A stretch of 64,000 bases of DNA from Octopus sinensis (Eukaryota), in NCBI RefSeq assembly GCF_006345805.1, contig NC_043020.1, positions 19,406,001 through 19,470,000 on the forward strand, read 5' to 3'. Numbering within the stretch: position 1 is the first letter of the stretch; each line of letters starts with the position of its first letter. The translations under genes and the position numbers were made by a program. Of this stretch, positions 13,562-28,150 are shown piece by piece. The notes under the pieces were generated by a model. The model was not told where the DNA came from and did no database searches. It saw only the letters and a list, made by a program, of their open reading frames with translations.

Positions 13562-14530
13562 GAAACTCGCTATGCACTTGAGTTTAGTGTTGAATTATCG
13601 TAAATCCTCGAGTATAATCCGCCCTTGAGTATAATACGCAGGGGATTTTTAGGGGGCTGTACCTCTGAAAAACCTAAACCTTGTGTATAATACGCACCTC
13701 TTCTCTAACTTGAGTCAAGGAGGTCTATATAACGTCCTTGGTTTGTAAAAATGTATACGGTAACGTCCTTTATTATTATTGTATATATAACATAACGCAA
13801 ACCTGTAGCTTTTTTGTGCATTTAAGAAATAACAGTAATAACGTTTAATAAATGTTGCTTACTGCAAGTTATGGATGATCCTTTTATGACTTCATTGCTT
13901 TCAGGCTTAGCTTAAAGTATTTTCGCGCCCGACATCACAAAATGCGTCTGAATAAACATTGCCGGACAGCAAATAGAGATTCGGACATTGCTTAGAAAAT
14001 AATTTTCATTTTTAACCTCGTATATAGTACGCGCTAGGGATTCTGACCTTCAAATTTTGGGGGGAAAATGCGGATTATACTCGAGGATTTACGGTAAGCG
14101 AAAATGCTACAGAAATTTATAAAACGCTCCAGACTCCTTATGGATTAATTTGTATGAGCCGAGCATCTATTTTCGCTGGCACAAGAGGTCAGGCAAAGTG
14201 GGTCCACCGGGAAATTCATGACGACTCTCTTTTCTGACAGTAAGGAGTTTCATCTACGTCCACTTGGTTCCCCCTAGCCAGAATCAACAAAGAGTGCTTT
14301 GTGGAGGTTTAGAAGGAGTTCAGGAAAATATTTCATCGCAAAAGGCCAGGATAGCCGCAGCAGGAAAATACAGCAGTTTACAGTTCCATCCTGATAACCA
14401 ACTACTTGATAAAGTTGGGCATCAAAACTGTCCTTCACCCTCCCTGTGACTTTTGGTTGCTGTCGGAGCTGAAAAAGAAGATGAATGAGGCTGTGACAAG
14501 GGTCCTGGACATCTTCACTTTAGAGGACTT
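13562..14530 (+). pseudogene. Mariner transposase relic, internally deleted
   Basis: RYA..F.V.L..NATE.YK..Q..YG..CMSRASIF; KFMTTLF; INKE.FVEV; LIKLGIKTVLHPPCDFWLLSELK. Confidence 0.7.
13598..14094. mobile_element. Tc1/mariner (Tc2/pogo-like) MITE nested in a mariner ORF
   Basis: TIR (c/t)cgtaaatcctcgagtataatccgc with TA TSD. Removing it restores ETRYALEFSVEL|SENATEIYK. Confidence 0.85.
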
Positions 14531-14867
14531 TCATGCTACAACAAGAACACTGAACTCAGAGGAATTAGAGTGTTGTACTTCCTTGAAATTTATAAATGTA
14601 TCTCAAATACGCACACGCATATATGTTTGAAGGTATGTATGTATGTGTGTATGTATGTATGTATGTATGTGTGTGTGTATGTATGTATGTATGTATGTAT
14701 GTATGTATGTATGTATGTATGCGTGTGTGTGTGTATGTATGTATGTATGTATGTATGTATGTATGTATGTATAGTTAATCCAAAATGAACAAAGAGAAAA
14801 CACAACGCGAGGACGTGTAACAAGTATAGTGTTATTGGACGCTCAGGAAAGGAAAGAAAGAAGGAGG

Positions 14868-14902
14868 ATTTAACGTTTCGAGCGGAGCTCATCGTCAGAA
14901 AC
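14868..14902 (-). ncRNA. Hammerhead-like motif (extra nt after A9, ACGU stem III)
   Basis: Minus strand: guuu-CUGACGA-u-gagc(ucc)gcuc-GAAAC-GUU-aaau. Confidence 0.5.
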
Positions 14903-15084
14903 ATAGAAAAAGGAAAGGTCCAAGGAAGGGAAGACGGAGAGTGTGTATGTATATATGCATGTATGTACAAGGTATTTGGGCCAAATTTTATAGTTTGCAT
15001 AAAAAGTCTCTCATACAAAAGTAAAAAGTATTTTCAAAAATCAAAGAATATCAACCAGATTATGACTGGGAGATAACCGTTTAC

Positions 15085-15500
15085 TCAAAGCAGCTAACTT
15101 CTGCTTTCTCCACGGTTTCAAGACTGCTCGAGAACCTTGTGCATGCGTTCTCGGGAAGATCTACGAATACCTCCTTGATCTCGGGCACCAGTCCAGCCTT
15201 GGTATTACAAGCAGAGCGGTTGACGTCTTTCTCAACCATAATCGATGGGATTACAATCAGGGGGATTAGTTAGTCAGGAATTGGGACTGGTGAAATTGTA
15301 GAAATTTTCCGCCATCCACTGCTGACTATCTCTGGAGCCAAATCTTGTCATACATACGGCCTTCCAGCAGCAACCATCTCCAGCCAGGAATCGACCACAA
15401 TCTCCAGCGGATTGACATAGCCGTCTGAATTGAGCGTGAGGAGCTGGTCAAATATGAATTCGGTGAGTGGATGCAGAGTGAACGATTGTTGTGTCCATTC
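15085..15500 (-). pseudogene. Tc1/maT-like transposase C-terminal relic
   Basis: QQWMAENFYNFTSPNS..SPDCNP.DY..VEKDVNRSACNTKAGLVPEIKEVF..NACTRF..LETV, with frameshifts. Confidence 0.7.
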
Positions 15501-15509
15501 CTTAACATG

Positions 15510-15650
15510 AATGGCAAGGGACTTACAGAAAGTATAAACAACATCACAGAGGCTGTCTCTTTGGAATATGTCTTTGCAATACTGTATTCTACCGGTAATA
15601 ATATATTGATATTAATATTAATTTCAAGATGACGGCCCACGATCAAGTCA
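15510..15650 (-). pseudogene. R4-type RT fragment
   Basis: Frameshifted IFQ.DSLSVMLFILSVSPL (GI.QGDSLS motif). Confidence 0.5.
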
Positions 15651-16017
15651 GATCACCTAAGGCTTTGACTATTCTCACTGGAACTTTAGCAAGTTGAAGG
15701 GCTTCTAGCAACTTTCTGTTGGTGGGAGTGAAAGGACTTCTTTCAGTTTCGTAGACGGAACCTGAAAGGGGCCCGGATACTTATTGATGGAGTTTCTGGA
15801 TCACAGTTGCAAGAGTTTCACCATCAATGTTGTATGTCTTGGAGGTAATGCAGGGGCAATAACCTTTTCAGATTTCTTCCAGCCACAGAGCATCTTGGTT
15901 AAATTCTTTCTCTTCACTCCAGATTTTCCTCCAGAAGGAATCTATGACTTCTCGTGAAGAAGCTTCCGTGATGTTTACTGCTCCTCCTCTCATGTCTCTG
16001 TATACTGCTGCCGAGTG

Positions 16018-16310
16018 AGAGCGCGTGGCTTAGTGGTTAGGGCATTTCGATTCCCGGCGACGCGTTGTGTCCTTGAGCAAGACACTTTATTTCACGTTGC
16101 TCCAGTCCACTCAGCTGGCAAAAATGAGTTGTACTTGTATTTCAAAGGGTCAGCCTTGTCACTCTCTGTGTCACGCTGATTATCCCCGAGAACTACGTTA
16201 AGGGTACACGTGTCTGTGGAATGCTCAGCCATTTGCACGTTAATTTCACGAGCAAGCTGTTCCGTTTATCGTATCAGCTGGGACCCTCGTCGTCGTAACC
16301 GGCGGAGTCT
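16018..16310 (+). mobile_element. tRNA-headed SINE family C with Nin/Deu-like core (copy 46171-46490+, partial 43683-43800+)
   Basis: gcgcgtggcttagtggttaggg head, then gtgtccttgagcaagacacttt core. Confidence 0.8.
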
Positions 16311-17039
16311 TTATACTGCTGCCTGGTTGCGGTTAAACTTTTGGTTTATTGTTCTTTTCTCGGTTATTCTCTTCTGTTGTCGGAGTTTTTCACTGACAGC
16401 TTTTAACTCATACTTTAGGGTAATCAGTTTGCCAGTGTGTCCTCTTTTTGCTGTCTCCAAACATTATTTCTGCCTCCTTCTTTACTTTCTGTTGGTGGGA
16501 CGTATAGTGATTTGCTTGTTTGCATGCATTAAGCATCATTACATGACTAATGGTCTTCCGTAAACCAGTTATCTTTTTCTCTGTCTTCAAAACCCATGAT
16601 GGTTCTTTCTTTGTTATTTCGGTTTTGTTTACTTTCTGAATATCATGTATGCACTGTTTTACAGTAGTAGCCAGAGCATATAGACAGGCGTTAATTGCCA
16701 GTATATAGGTTCATAACACCGTTGTAAATACATATCACCAATTTCGTTAACAGCTTTAAATACCGTATCGGGTGGCTTTTTTTTAATTACTCCGGTAGAG
16801 AATACTCTCTCTTTTCAAGGGAGTACTTCAAAGTCAGTTATTTTCTCTAGGAAAAATTCTGTAAGGGAACATTTCACCGCCATATAATCCTGACTACCAC
16901 TGCTACTACAATAATTGTTGTAGTTGGGTCTGCTATTTACCATAGTCATAGTAGGGTGGGAGAGAGTGGTCAGTTACTTGAGCTAGTAATGTAGGTTGGC
17001 TGGCAGGCACTATGGAATCCGTTGGAATGTCACGGGCTG

Positions 17040-17310
17040 CGAAACGACGTGGTGGTCTTATATCATTCATGCTTATATACACTTAAATGATTTCTGGAAA
17101 TTTTTACAGATTTTTACAGTTCCAGTGATAGCTTGAGTCTGAAGTCTTCGAATCAGCCTTTTCCTTACTGGTTTTGAGAAGCCTAATTTCTCAAGATTGG
17201 TATTTAGGCAGTGTGTTACATATCCCAGTACCCAATAATCACAGGTATAAACCTGAACTTGTAATCTGGAGAGAGTAACTGCAGATTTCTCAATAGAACA
17301 GCGCAAGTAC
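17040..17310 (-). pseudogene. R4-like element ORF end and 3'UTR
   Basis: LGYVTHCLNTNLEKLGFSKPVRKRLIRRLQTQAITGTVKICKNF. Confidence 0.7.
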
Positions 17311-17559
17311 TCTCTTTTTCACTGATCTTCGGCTTTATAATAACAACCACTGGACAGCTGATTCCCTCAACTGTACACAGTTTCTCTTCTCTGTTTGTCT
17401 GTCTGTATTTATGTATGTAGTAAAAAAACGCATAAAAATATATTGTCTTATTTTTGCATATATCAGACGACAGTGACTAGTATAACTCTTTGATCCCGGG
17501 AAAAATGAAAACTTATACAATAACTGATTCTGATTCTATTGATAGATTGTTAAGTCCAA

Positions 17560-17775
17560 CAATGTGAATCAGTGGGTTTGTCATTCTTGTCAGCGTGCAG
17601 AACGATATTGAAATCCTGTAAAGCTTCTGTCTCAATAGCTGCTCTGAAACGCCGTAGAAACGTATTGTATTGGTGCAATTTATGCGTTATTGTTCTTGAT
17701 AAGAAGACGTGTGTTGAAACATGTATTGTTATACTTGGGGATGGTCATCTTTTGTCAATTGAACACGTGACACAT
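17560..17775 (-). pseudogene. Possible Helitron N-terminal relic (related piece at 36190-36350, +)
   Basis: LRRFRAAIETEALQDFNIVLHADK. Shared ccatccccaagtataacaata block. Confidence 0.4.
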
Positions 17776-17834
17776 GGGACAGAGAGTCACTGGAGAGGTC
17801 AAAGAATGTGTGACGAAAGAACTTCGACAGACAA

Positions 17835-17897
<63 letters not shown>

Positions 17898-17898
17898 T

Positions 17899-17960
<62 letters not shown>

Positions 17961-18179
17961 TTTTGTTTTATTGGCCAGAAGGGCCCAAGACATGGAGGAC
18001 AATATCGAAGGACGAGTTGCAGCACACAAAAATAAAAATAAAAATAAATACAAAAACCGGTTGGGTTTAACATCGATCAAAGAAAGATACTACCATATTA
18101 AAGAATATGACAGAGGATGTATAATAGAAATTAGAGAAATGAATAATAAATAAATAATGAGAATCCCCAATAACAGGAA

Positions 18180-19090
18180 AGTTCGGTTAGAGTAAACCGG
18201 GGTAAACCCCACGCAAAAATCCCGGATTACTCTACCATCCCTGAGACATGGGAAAGTGCCCTCTTCCAGTTTCTTTACTCTTGCTTAGAAAAAGCATACT
18301 CAGAGTCGGTCCATTCTGTCTCACGAGTCTTGCCACTCTCATCCGCCTTTTGATGAAACACACTTGAAAGCAGCCCCGGATCTTTACCTTTTGACCGACA
18401 GATCTTAAAAATAATTTTTTGTAACTAAACACTTTCAAACTTCGGACACTGGTAGAATGTGTCATATAAAACATGTTTTACTCTTAGTATTTTTTAGAAA
18501 AACTGATATTTACAAAGTAATTTCACGACAATGTAGTCCTATTTCGGTAATTTCAACCAATCAATGACGTGTATTCAGCTGAATAAAATTACTGCTGTTG
18601 TTTGTCAACAACAACTATCGGTGGTGTATTTTTCGTTGGTCACAGTTTTATAACAACCCTAACCCTAAAACTTTAACCCTAACCCTAAAACCCTAACCCT
18701 ATCCCTAAAACCCTAAACCTAACCCTAAAAGCTTAAAGCTAAAACCAGTACAAACGCTCGAACGATCTCATAAATAACAGTGACAAACGAAAAAATACAC
18801 CGCTGGAAGTTGTTGTTGACAAACAACGGCAGTAATTTTATTCAGCTGAATACACGTCATTGATTGGTTGAAATTACCGAAATAGGACTACTTTGATGTG
18901 AAATTACTTCGTAAATATAAGTTTTTTTCAAAAATGCTAAGAGTAAAAGATATTTTATATGACACATTCTACAAGTGTCCGAAGTTTGAAAGTGTTTAGT
19001 TACAACAAAATTATTTTTTAAATCTGTCGGTCAAAAGGTAAAGATCCGCAGCACCTCCCTCTCTACCCTTATCTTTCTCATCTTCCTCTT
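18180..19090 (-). pseudogene. Possible L1/Tx1-like 3' end split by the 18378-19047 MITE
   Basis: KIRVEREVL|..F.KRRMRVARLVRQNGPTL reads through once the MITE is removed. Confidence 0.4.
18378..19047. mobile_element. Non-autonomous TIR element, GGATC termini, 8-bp TSD (Merlin-like), (CCCTAA)n core
   Basis: ~270-bp inverted arms. TSD gcagcccc/gcagcacc. Telomere-like tract 18655-18745. Confidence 0.75.
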
Positions 19091-19092
19091 CC

Positions 19093-19147
<55 letters not shown>

Positions 19148-19517
19148 GCTCCGGGCTGAATAACAACGTGGATGTATTCTAAGAACCTTTCTCTCTTCAC
19201 AAAACATACTTAATTTAATAACATCGGTGCAATGGAAGGAAAACTTGGCGATATAACTATGGAGAAAGTCCTGGTGAAGCAAAGGAACTAAAAAATCGGA
19301 AAGATTTTTATTACATACAGAGTAGTTTTTTTTTTAAATGCATGATGTCTCAATGTGACATGTGCAAGACGTCGAAACCAGCGCCAGGAACCCTGGAAAA
19401 GTACGCTAATTACACAGTATGTAAATTGAATAATTACCTATAAACACAACTGTCCATGCTAATATTTACAAGCAACATAAATAATGCCTACACGACACGC
19501 GCGTACACACATTTAAT

Positions 19518-22360
19518 CAGGGTTTCCCAGCCCACCGGTGGGCGATTTCAATTATCAGGTGGGCGATGAACGAATTTTTAGGAAATGGTGGGCGATCTAA
19601 AATTTTGGTGGGCGATAAAGGATTTTTGTTAAGTATGTTTTCCCTAGTCTAAACTAAGGAAGAGTATCCAGCTGTAATGATTGTAATTCATCTGTCCTTA
19701 CCAGTGAAATAAACAACTCTATCAATCTGCCAATCTGGTTAATGAAACAAAACAACTCTCTATGCTACCTAGTTATCTCACTCCAGTGAGACAAACAGCC
19801 CTTCAGTCACCAAAATAAAACGCCTCCACAGTGGATAAACATCAAACGATTATTTTGGCATAAATAGAGTGGCTTCAAACGATTTCGCCAGTTGACCTTT
19901 GGCAGACCCAGCCTGCGCAGCGTCGTTTCTCTCCTCTGCCGCTCACACACTCCTTGTACTTCTGTATTGCCGCTTCATGTATAGAAGAAATCACTGAACG
20001 AACTATATCTCTTGTCCGCTCGTCCCTTCACTTCTGCCTTCGTCCGTTCATCCTTATCGTATGCGATAACAGCCCTTTTTAGAGCTATTCTCAGAGCAGA
20101 TCAGAAGTAGTGACCAGACCCATTAACCACGGCACTACACTTGCATTGGACGCACACACATCCGCGTGAATCGTAATTTCTGCGTTTGCCGATTCCGCTT
20201 CTATGAATTCTTTTTTCGAATTTTAACTTTCCCGATGTCTCCATTAAAGAAAACTTGTCGCCAGTTCAGCGTTAATTATTTATCATATGGTTTTATTGCT
20301 TTTCCTCAGATCTGTCAATTACTCATGTGTCTTCTATGCCAGCAAACTTTGAGCAATGAAGCTATGAAACCGTCACACTTGAAATATCATTTTGATTCCA
20401 AACATTCTGACAAAAAGACAAACCATTGTCATATTTTCTGCAACTTAAGGCCTCTTTCGAAAAGCAGAAAACACTGAACACGATGTGGATCTTTTCCTTT
20501 TGAACGGCAGTTTTCAACACAATTTCTAGTTAACTAAACACTTTTAAACTTCGTATACTGGTAGAATGTGTTTGTAAAACATCATTTGGCTTTATTGAGA
20601 AAATTCTATATGTTGTAACATATTTCCACTTTAAAATCGAGCATTTCGGCAATTTTAACCAATCGCTGACCTCCATTTGGGGTGAAAACATTCCGTGCTG
20701 TATGAATATGTCCCTCAGAAACAGATTGGGTTTATTTACAATTGCGAAGAAAAAAAGATACCCTTCCCCCACCCCTAACCCTAACCCTAACTCTAACTAA
20801 CCCTAAATCTAAAATAGATTGAAATGCAATAGATCGATACTAGGGTTATAATTATGGGTGACATTTTCATTTGACACCGCTAGAAAAAATCCCATTTTCC
20901 GTAGCGGTGTCGTATGAAAAGAAAAGATCCCACGATGTTTACGGAAGCAACTGTTACAGGAAAATGATGGTATGACTGCGCCGTACAATATTGTATTAAT
21001 GGCCGCAAAGACCGGGAAGTCCCGCATTATAGGAGAAACATTGCTTTGACCTGTCATTGAAGAAGTTCTGTCCACTATAATACTCAAGAAGTCCGACACG
21101 ATTATCAAGAAAATTCCACTTTGTAACAAATACAATTTCTCGACGAATAGATGAAATGGCCAACGATGTCAAACATCAACTCATTCAAATTCTCCAGTCT
21201 TCTAAATTTTCTATACAAGTGGATAAGTCAACGGTTATAGATAACCAATGTTTGATGATGGTTTATGTTCGATATTTCAATGAATACCTTCAACCTTGTG
21301 AGGAAATGCTGTTCACAGAGATGCTTGATTCAAAAAGTACATCTATTTTCAATATGTTTAAGAGTTTCCTCTCTGAACGTCATATCCCACTGACCAATAT
21401 TATTGCCTGTGCGTCCGATGGGGCCCCTTCATGGCTGGAAGATACAGAGGTTTTCCATCTTTCCTAAAGCGTGAAATTTCTCAACAGATTTTTAACAGTT
21501 CATTGTGTGATCCACCGACATTTAGTGGCAAAAAATATCAACGGTCGGTTGAATGATGCGCTGCAGTTGGTTATCAAAACTGTGAATAAACTGAAATCAA
21601 ATTCCTTGTCTGATCGAATTTTCCGTCAACTCTATCTGGATAATGATGATGACTTTGTAAGGCTTCTGTACCGAAGTACGATGGTTGTGAAAGGGCAACT
21701 GTGTCGTTTGCTTTGTTGAACTGTTTCATGTGATCAAATCTTTCTTTGAAAGTACTCCTCTGTCAGCTTCATTGATTGCTTCAAAGCGTAGTTTTTTTTT
21801 CTGAGCGATATATTCACTAAATTTAATGACTTGATTGCAAGGAAAGCAAAAAAAAAACTCTTGTCGACTGTAAATCATTTATCACCGCCTTCATTTCGAA
21901 ATTAGTCCTGTATAAAATAAACAATCTACAATCATTGCATGATGACATAATGGAGCGATTTCAAGATGTTATTACATTGAATATTCCAAACTGGTATAGC
22001 AAACCGTTTGAAGTCCAAGCAGTCGATTGCGAAGACGACGTTCAGGAGGAGCTAATTGAATTGCAAAACGATAATGAGGCCACAATGCGATATCGGTTTC
22101 ATGGCAAAGAAGGTTTGTGGTTTCATCAAAGTATATTGAATTCTTACCCCAACCTTTGGAAACATTTGAAATTAATGTTGCTTGCCTTCCCAACGTCGTA
22201 CTTGGTCGAATATGGTTTCAGTCACGTTGGTACTTTACTTTCTAAAAGCAGAAGTGGACTGGATGTGGCCAAACGAGGAGACTTACAATTAAAATCGACA
22301 AATTTGCAACGAAATCTGTCTGCACTCGCTGCGTCGCATCAGCCTCAAGGATCACAGTGA
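19518..22360 (+). mobile_element. Degenerate hAT (Charlie/Buster, SCAND3/ZBED-like) transposon, interrupted by a MITE
   Basis: 5' TIR-like CAGGGTTTCCCA at 19518. Fragments YLSYGF..CLLCQQTLSNEAMKPSHLKYH, RRIDEMANDV..FSIQVDKST..YVRY, ACASDGAPS, HCVIHRHL, FPTSYLVEYGFS...RGDL...SHQPQGSQ*. Many frameshifts; no 3' TIR seen. Confidence 0.85.
20487..20930. mobile_element. Related GGATC-terminus MITE inserted in the hAT transposase
   Basis: Perfect 8-bp TSD CACGATGT (20479-86/20931-38). Left end homologous to the 18378 element. (CCCTAA)n at 20772-20812. Confidence 0.8.
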
Positions 22361-22543
22361 AAGCTAAACATGGTGAGTTTGTTGGACATTTAATACATGT
22401 ATCATTTTTCAGTTTTGGAACCACATGGTTCCGGGTTCAGTCCCACTGCGTGGAACCTTGGGCAAGTGTCTTCTACTATAGCCTCGGGCCGACCAAAGCC
22501 TTGTAAGTGTTTTTGGTAGAAGCTGAAAGAAGCCCGTCGTATG

Positions 22544-22598
<55 letters not shown>

Positions 22599-22612
22599 AT
22601 GTGTGTGTGTGT

Positions 22613-22663
<51 letters not shown>

Positions 22664-23669
22664 GTGAGAACATTGCAAGGAAAATATGAAAAGTAACAGA
22701 GTGTCATGGGAAAGAGGAAAAGCATTAGATTGAACAAGGGGTGAGGGATACAAACGAAGTTTGTGTGAGAGAGAGAGAGAGAGGAGACAAAGATCAAAAG
22801 GGAGAAAGATACCGAAAAATATGATGAGGATAAGGGTGAAAGGGAAAAGTTGTGAGGATAGAGAAATAGAAGGACTAATAGGGATCGAGGCGGTAAACAA
22901 AAAAGAGACGGAAAGAGAGTTTGCGCTGTAAGGAAACAGTGGAAGAAAAAGATACAAATGTAAACCATATTAGTTTTCTGGTTGAAGCGTGTAGTTCAAA
23001 TCTTAATTAAATAATTGTGTTGAAAACCACATTGTGGTAAAAAAAAAAGAAAAAAAAGTATATTAATATTGGAATTTATAAACATTTTCTGGACAATATA
23101 GACTTTAATAATTTTCTTTCTTTGCATATTTATTACTAATTAACAAGCAGTTTTCTTTATTATAGTAAAGATACTCCACCCATCCCCCTCTCTCTCTCTC
23201 TTTCTCTTTCACATTGACAAGCACACCCCTATATATTCCTCTCCCCCGTCTCATTTCACTTCTTCATCTTATCCTCTTTTCTCCCTCCCCACCGTCCAGC
23301 TCCCTCTTGTACCCACACCCTCAATCACAACCTTTACTTACAAAATGCTGGACCTATTTCCTTTTAACTATTTCAAAAGCGAAATGAATTTATGATTTCG
23401 TAGTCTATAAAACGTGAAGTTCAGTCGAGTGCATCATCATCATCACCAGCATTAACACTCCAATCACCATGTTCATCATCATCATCATCATCATCATCAA
23501 CTGCAACGACAACATGCACATCACAGCATCCGTATGCGCTCTATATTTGCAGTTGCACAAGGAGAATTGTTTTGGCTTTCTGTTTCCTTCGCAAATAAAC
23601 TTGTCACTCGACATTCCGACATTTCTCCGTGTCTCATCCGCCTTATACAACCTTCATCCCTACGAGTGT

Positions 23670-23692
23670 GTGTGTGTATGCGCGATTACACA

Positions 23693-23732
<40 letters not shown>

Positions 23733-23823
23733 TACACACACACACACACACTACATACACACACACACACACGCACGCACGAACATGCAACTTCTTTCAA
23801 CAGCCGCTTCTCCTCCTACCTTG

Positions 23824-23859
<36 letters not shown>

Positions 23860-23908
23860 ACACACATACCACACACACACACACACACATACACACACAC
23901 ACACACAC

Positions 23909-23939
<31 letters not shown>

Positions 23940-23983
23940 CGAACATGCAACTTCTTTCAACAGCCGCTTCTCCTCCTACCCTG

Positions 23984-24024
<41 letters not shown>

Positions 24025-24732
24025 AATAAACAAGCATATACTCACATACACCAACATACACGGTCATACACACACATATACGTTTCTCTTCCAAATCACA
24101 ACCTCCACACACGCACACAAACACACACACACACACTCACATGTACAAATAAACACACGAAAACACGCATACAAACAAACAAACATTCACGTACGTGTCT
24201 CTCCCCACCACTACCACCACCACCATCCAGACATGCAGAAAACCATACACACATAAACATACACACATAAACATACAAAGCCACAAACACCTTCACACAT
24301 ACATACATCATCACATACACACATACACACATGCACACCCACCCATTGCATTTCTCCTATGCAACAACTTCCGTCACATACACACACACACACACAAGCA
24401 CAGACACACACAGACAGGTAAACACACACACATATAAGTAAACACACACACACACAAACACAGACACACACACACAGCTAAACACACACACATATAAATA
24501 AACACACACACACAAACACAGACACACACACAGGTAAACACACACATATAAGTAAACACACACACACAAACACTGACACACACACACAGGTAAACACACA
24601 CACACACATAAGTAAACACACACACACACACATGTACAGGTAAACACACACACACACATGTACAGGTAAACACACACACACACATTCACATGCATTCTGC
24701 TGCATTGCTTATCCTTAATACACATCCAGTCG

Positions 24733-24771
<39 letters not shown>

Positions 24772-25208
24772 GCACACCAACACACGCGCGCACACGGCTA
24801 AACACACACATGCATACAATTATGTATCACAAACATGCTTACGTACACATACACACACACGTATGCACACACACACACACACGTATACTTACAAACAAGC
24901 TTAAGTACACATACACACACACGTATACTTACAAAGAAGCTTACGTACACATAGACACACACGTATGCACACACACACACACACACGTATGCATACACAC
25001 ATATAGGATGTGCACATACATGCATGATGTACACCACTCACATGCATCCTTCCAGCATCCTTCCAGCATCCTTCCAGCATCCTTCCAGCATCCTTCCAGC
25101 ATCCCACCCGTCACACATGCACCATGCATGTCTTGCTACCAGTCACATTCTCCCGACACCGCATCTCCATCATTCCTCACACACACGTCCACAAAGACTG
25201 ACAAACTA

Positions 25209-25274
<66 letters not shown>

Positions 25275-25497
25275 ACACACATACACACACATACACACAT
25301 ACATACACACACATACACACACACATACACACATACACACACATACATACACATACACATACACACATACACACACACATACACACACATACACACACAC
25401 ATACACACATACATACACACACATACACACATACACACACACACACATACACACACATACACACATACATACACACACATACACACACACATACACA

Positions 25498-25536
<39 letters not shown>

Positions 25537-25545
25537 TCACACAGA
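23670..25545. repeat. Compound (CA)n microsatellite/minisatellite field, including (CATCCTTCCAG)x5 at about 25044-25100
   Basis: Visible periodicity. The 160-bp-period unit gaacatgcaacttctttcaacagccgc occurs at 23781 and 23941. Confidence 0.95.
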
Positions 25546-26160
25546 AATGTGAAGTCTTTTTGGTGCATCTTTGTTAAAACCAGTTTGAACATTGTCCAAT
25601 AGAAACACTTTTCATTGACCTTTTCTAGGCAGAAAATGTCACGTAAATATAGTTGATAAATCGATTTCTGGCATTGGCAGAAAGCCACGATTGTGTTTTT
25701 AGGGATGACTAGAGCTGATTTGATATTCCCTCAATACGTAACTGGTACTTAGTGGGATTTTTTTTGTTTTTATTTTGGTCTTTTGTTGTTATTTTGTTTC
25801 GTTTAGTTTAGTTTATCTATGACGGATTAACGTCTCGTCCCGGCGTAGTGGGATAAGAATGTTGTCATCTCGGTCACTTATGCGCCGTGGTAACCGGGTA
25901 AACGGTCCCTATGGATGCTTAGGGCTCGAGACAGTAACAGCCAAGGGTTAATGATAACGACGACGATGATGATGATAATTATGATGACGATAATAATGAT
26001 AAAGAAGAAGAGGGGATGACATTTATGATGATGACAACGACGACGACGATGATGACGATGATGACGATGACGATGACGACGACAACGATGATGATGATGA
26101 TGATGATGATAATGATGACAACGATGGTGATGGTGATAATGATGATATTGATGATAACAA

Positions 26161-26392
26161 GGCGGCGAGCTGGCAGAAACGTTAGCACGCCGGGCGAAAT
26201 GCTTAGCGGTATTTCGTCTGCGTTACGTTGTGAGTTCAAATTCCGCCGAGGTCGACTTTGCCTTTCATCCTTTCGGGGTCGATAAATTAAGTACCAGTTA
26301 CGCACTGGGGTCGATGTAATCGACTTAATACCTATGTCTGTCCTTGTTTGTCCCCTCTATGTGTAGCCCCTTGTGGGTAATAAAGAAATAGA
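26161..26392 (+). mobile_element. tRNA-headed SINE family B. Other copies: 60148-60366+, 61682-62160+ (tandem partial), 44255-44500-, 4645-4860-, 11515-11750+, 30660-30860-, 45266-45450+
   Basis: ggcgagctggcagaaacgttagcacgccgggcgaaatgcttagc..gagttcaaattccgccgaggtcgactttgcctttcatcc. Confidence 0.9.
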
Positions 26393-27889
26393 TATTGATG
26401 ATAACAACGACGACGATGATGATGATGACGATGACGACGACAACGATGATGATAATGATGATGATGATGATGGACGATGATGATGGTCTTCATCATCATC
26501 ATGAAACAGCTTATATTCTTGGGTAGTTTCGGTCTTGGAAACACGACCGAAGAAAAGGAGTTAATAAAAAACAGAATCATTATTTTTATGCCGATTACGA
26601 GATGATTCTTGTCAGGCCAAGGACAACAGGGAATAACTCATGCTAGTCTCCGGTCCGAAAGAGTCCTCCGGAACAAAGTAACCATCTGGTTTTTGTCAAC
26701 AGTGAGAGTCCCTCCCCACCCCCTCTCTACCATTAATCCTCCATAGATTGCTAAAGTAGAACATCCACCGATCCTGTTGCCTGAAAGGTAAACGACGGTG
26801 ATCGCATGACGACATTCCAGGTGAAAGGCTCAGAGTCTCTTCTCTGTCTTTGCTTCAACCAGGACAGCAGCTCCAGGAAAAAGAGCAGCAGAAAGATGTG
26901 CCTTATGTACTCTCTCTCTCCCTCTCTCTGTCTTTCTTCCCCCTCTCTTCCCCACCCACTAAGTATGCATACACAACGCTGCCGTTGGCACTGTTGCTGT
27001 CTTCTTCTTCTTCTTCTTCTCCTTCTCCTCCTTCTTCTTCTTCTTCTTCTCCTTCTTCTTTTTCAATCAGGACTCACGCCATTAGCCACAAAGAACAATC
27101 TCTAATTCGAGCCTACTCTAAGCTACTAAGAATGCGTGTGGCAACTTGAAGATCCACCCACCACACGCGATAAACTGGCGGTTGCACGGGCGCGAAAACT
27201 ACGTTGTTATCCTCATTCCGTAAACTGTGGCTTTTTAACGGGTGGAGAGCTGAACCATCCTGGGGAACATAGGATTCGCAATCTAGACTAGGGTCTGAAA
27301 GTTTACCACACCACAGTGGGTTACACCATGGTTCCTCTGCTTTGTGGCAGAAGTAGGAAGAAAGAGTGAGAGAAAGTTGTGGTGAAAGAGTACAGCGGGG
27401 TTCACCACCCCTCTCCGCCAGAGCCTTGTGGAGCTTAGGTGTTTTTGCTCAATAAACACTCACAATTCCCGGTCTGGGAATCGAAACCGCGTTCTTACGA
27501 CCGCGAATCCGCTGCCCTATTCACTGGGCCATTGCGCCTCCACTGTTGCTGTTGTTCTCATTAGGGTAACATTCTCAGTTTTTAGTCGCCGACCATATCA
27601 CTCTTTTAAAATAGCCGCTTTCAGATTTTGTTTAGCCCAATTCTTTATATACATTTATGTATACATACATACATACATACATACATACATACATACATAC
27701 ATACATACATACATACATACATACATACATACATACATACATACACGAAGCGACAAGTCGCGTATTTGGTGCAACTTTGAACATCTATCAGCCTTGTTAG
27801 ATAACTGGTTAATCTTCAGATGAATTGACTGAGGGAGCCTTTTTATTCCAGATCATAGAGATTTTCGACTGAAACTCGAGTTACTACAA

Positions 27890-28150
27890 ACAGCATGGCT
27901 GGACACAGCATCAACAACAACACAATCGAGGAACAGAACGAAAACAACAGCTCAACGGGTAAACAAATTCTTTCTAGCTGTAGTTATAGAAGAAACCGTA
28001 ACTAAAAAACTCATTTCTCTTGGAATTATGAATTGAATAATGGTCTATTTAACTGCTACGAAAAAGCGAAACAAAACCCCGCTGTTGGCAAAATGAATCG
28101 ATTGAAATCATATTGGGACGATCTGCATCCAGAATTAAATCATTTTACTG
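27890..28150 (+). pseudogene. Probable R4-like N-terminal fragment
   Basis: GLFNCYEKAKQNP..GKMNRLKSYWDDLHPELNHFT resembles R4/Dong N-terminal domains. Confidence 0.45.

Noticed and set aside
22387-22396. ACATTTAAT match to the flank of the hAT 5' TIR as a TSD
   Set aside because: No reverse-complement TIR precedes it; an AT-rich chance match.
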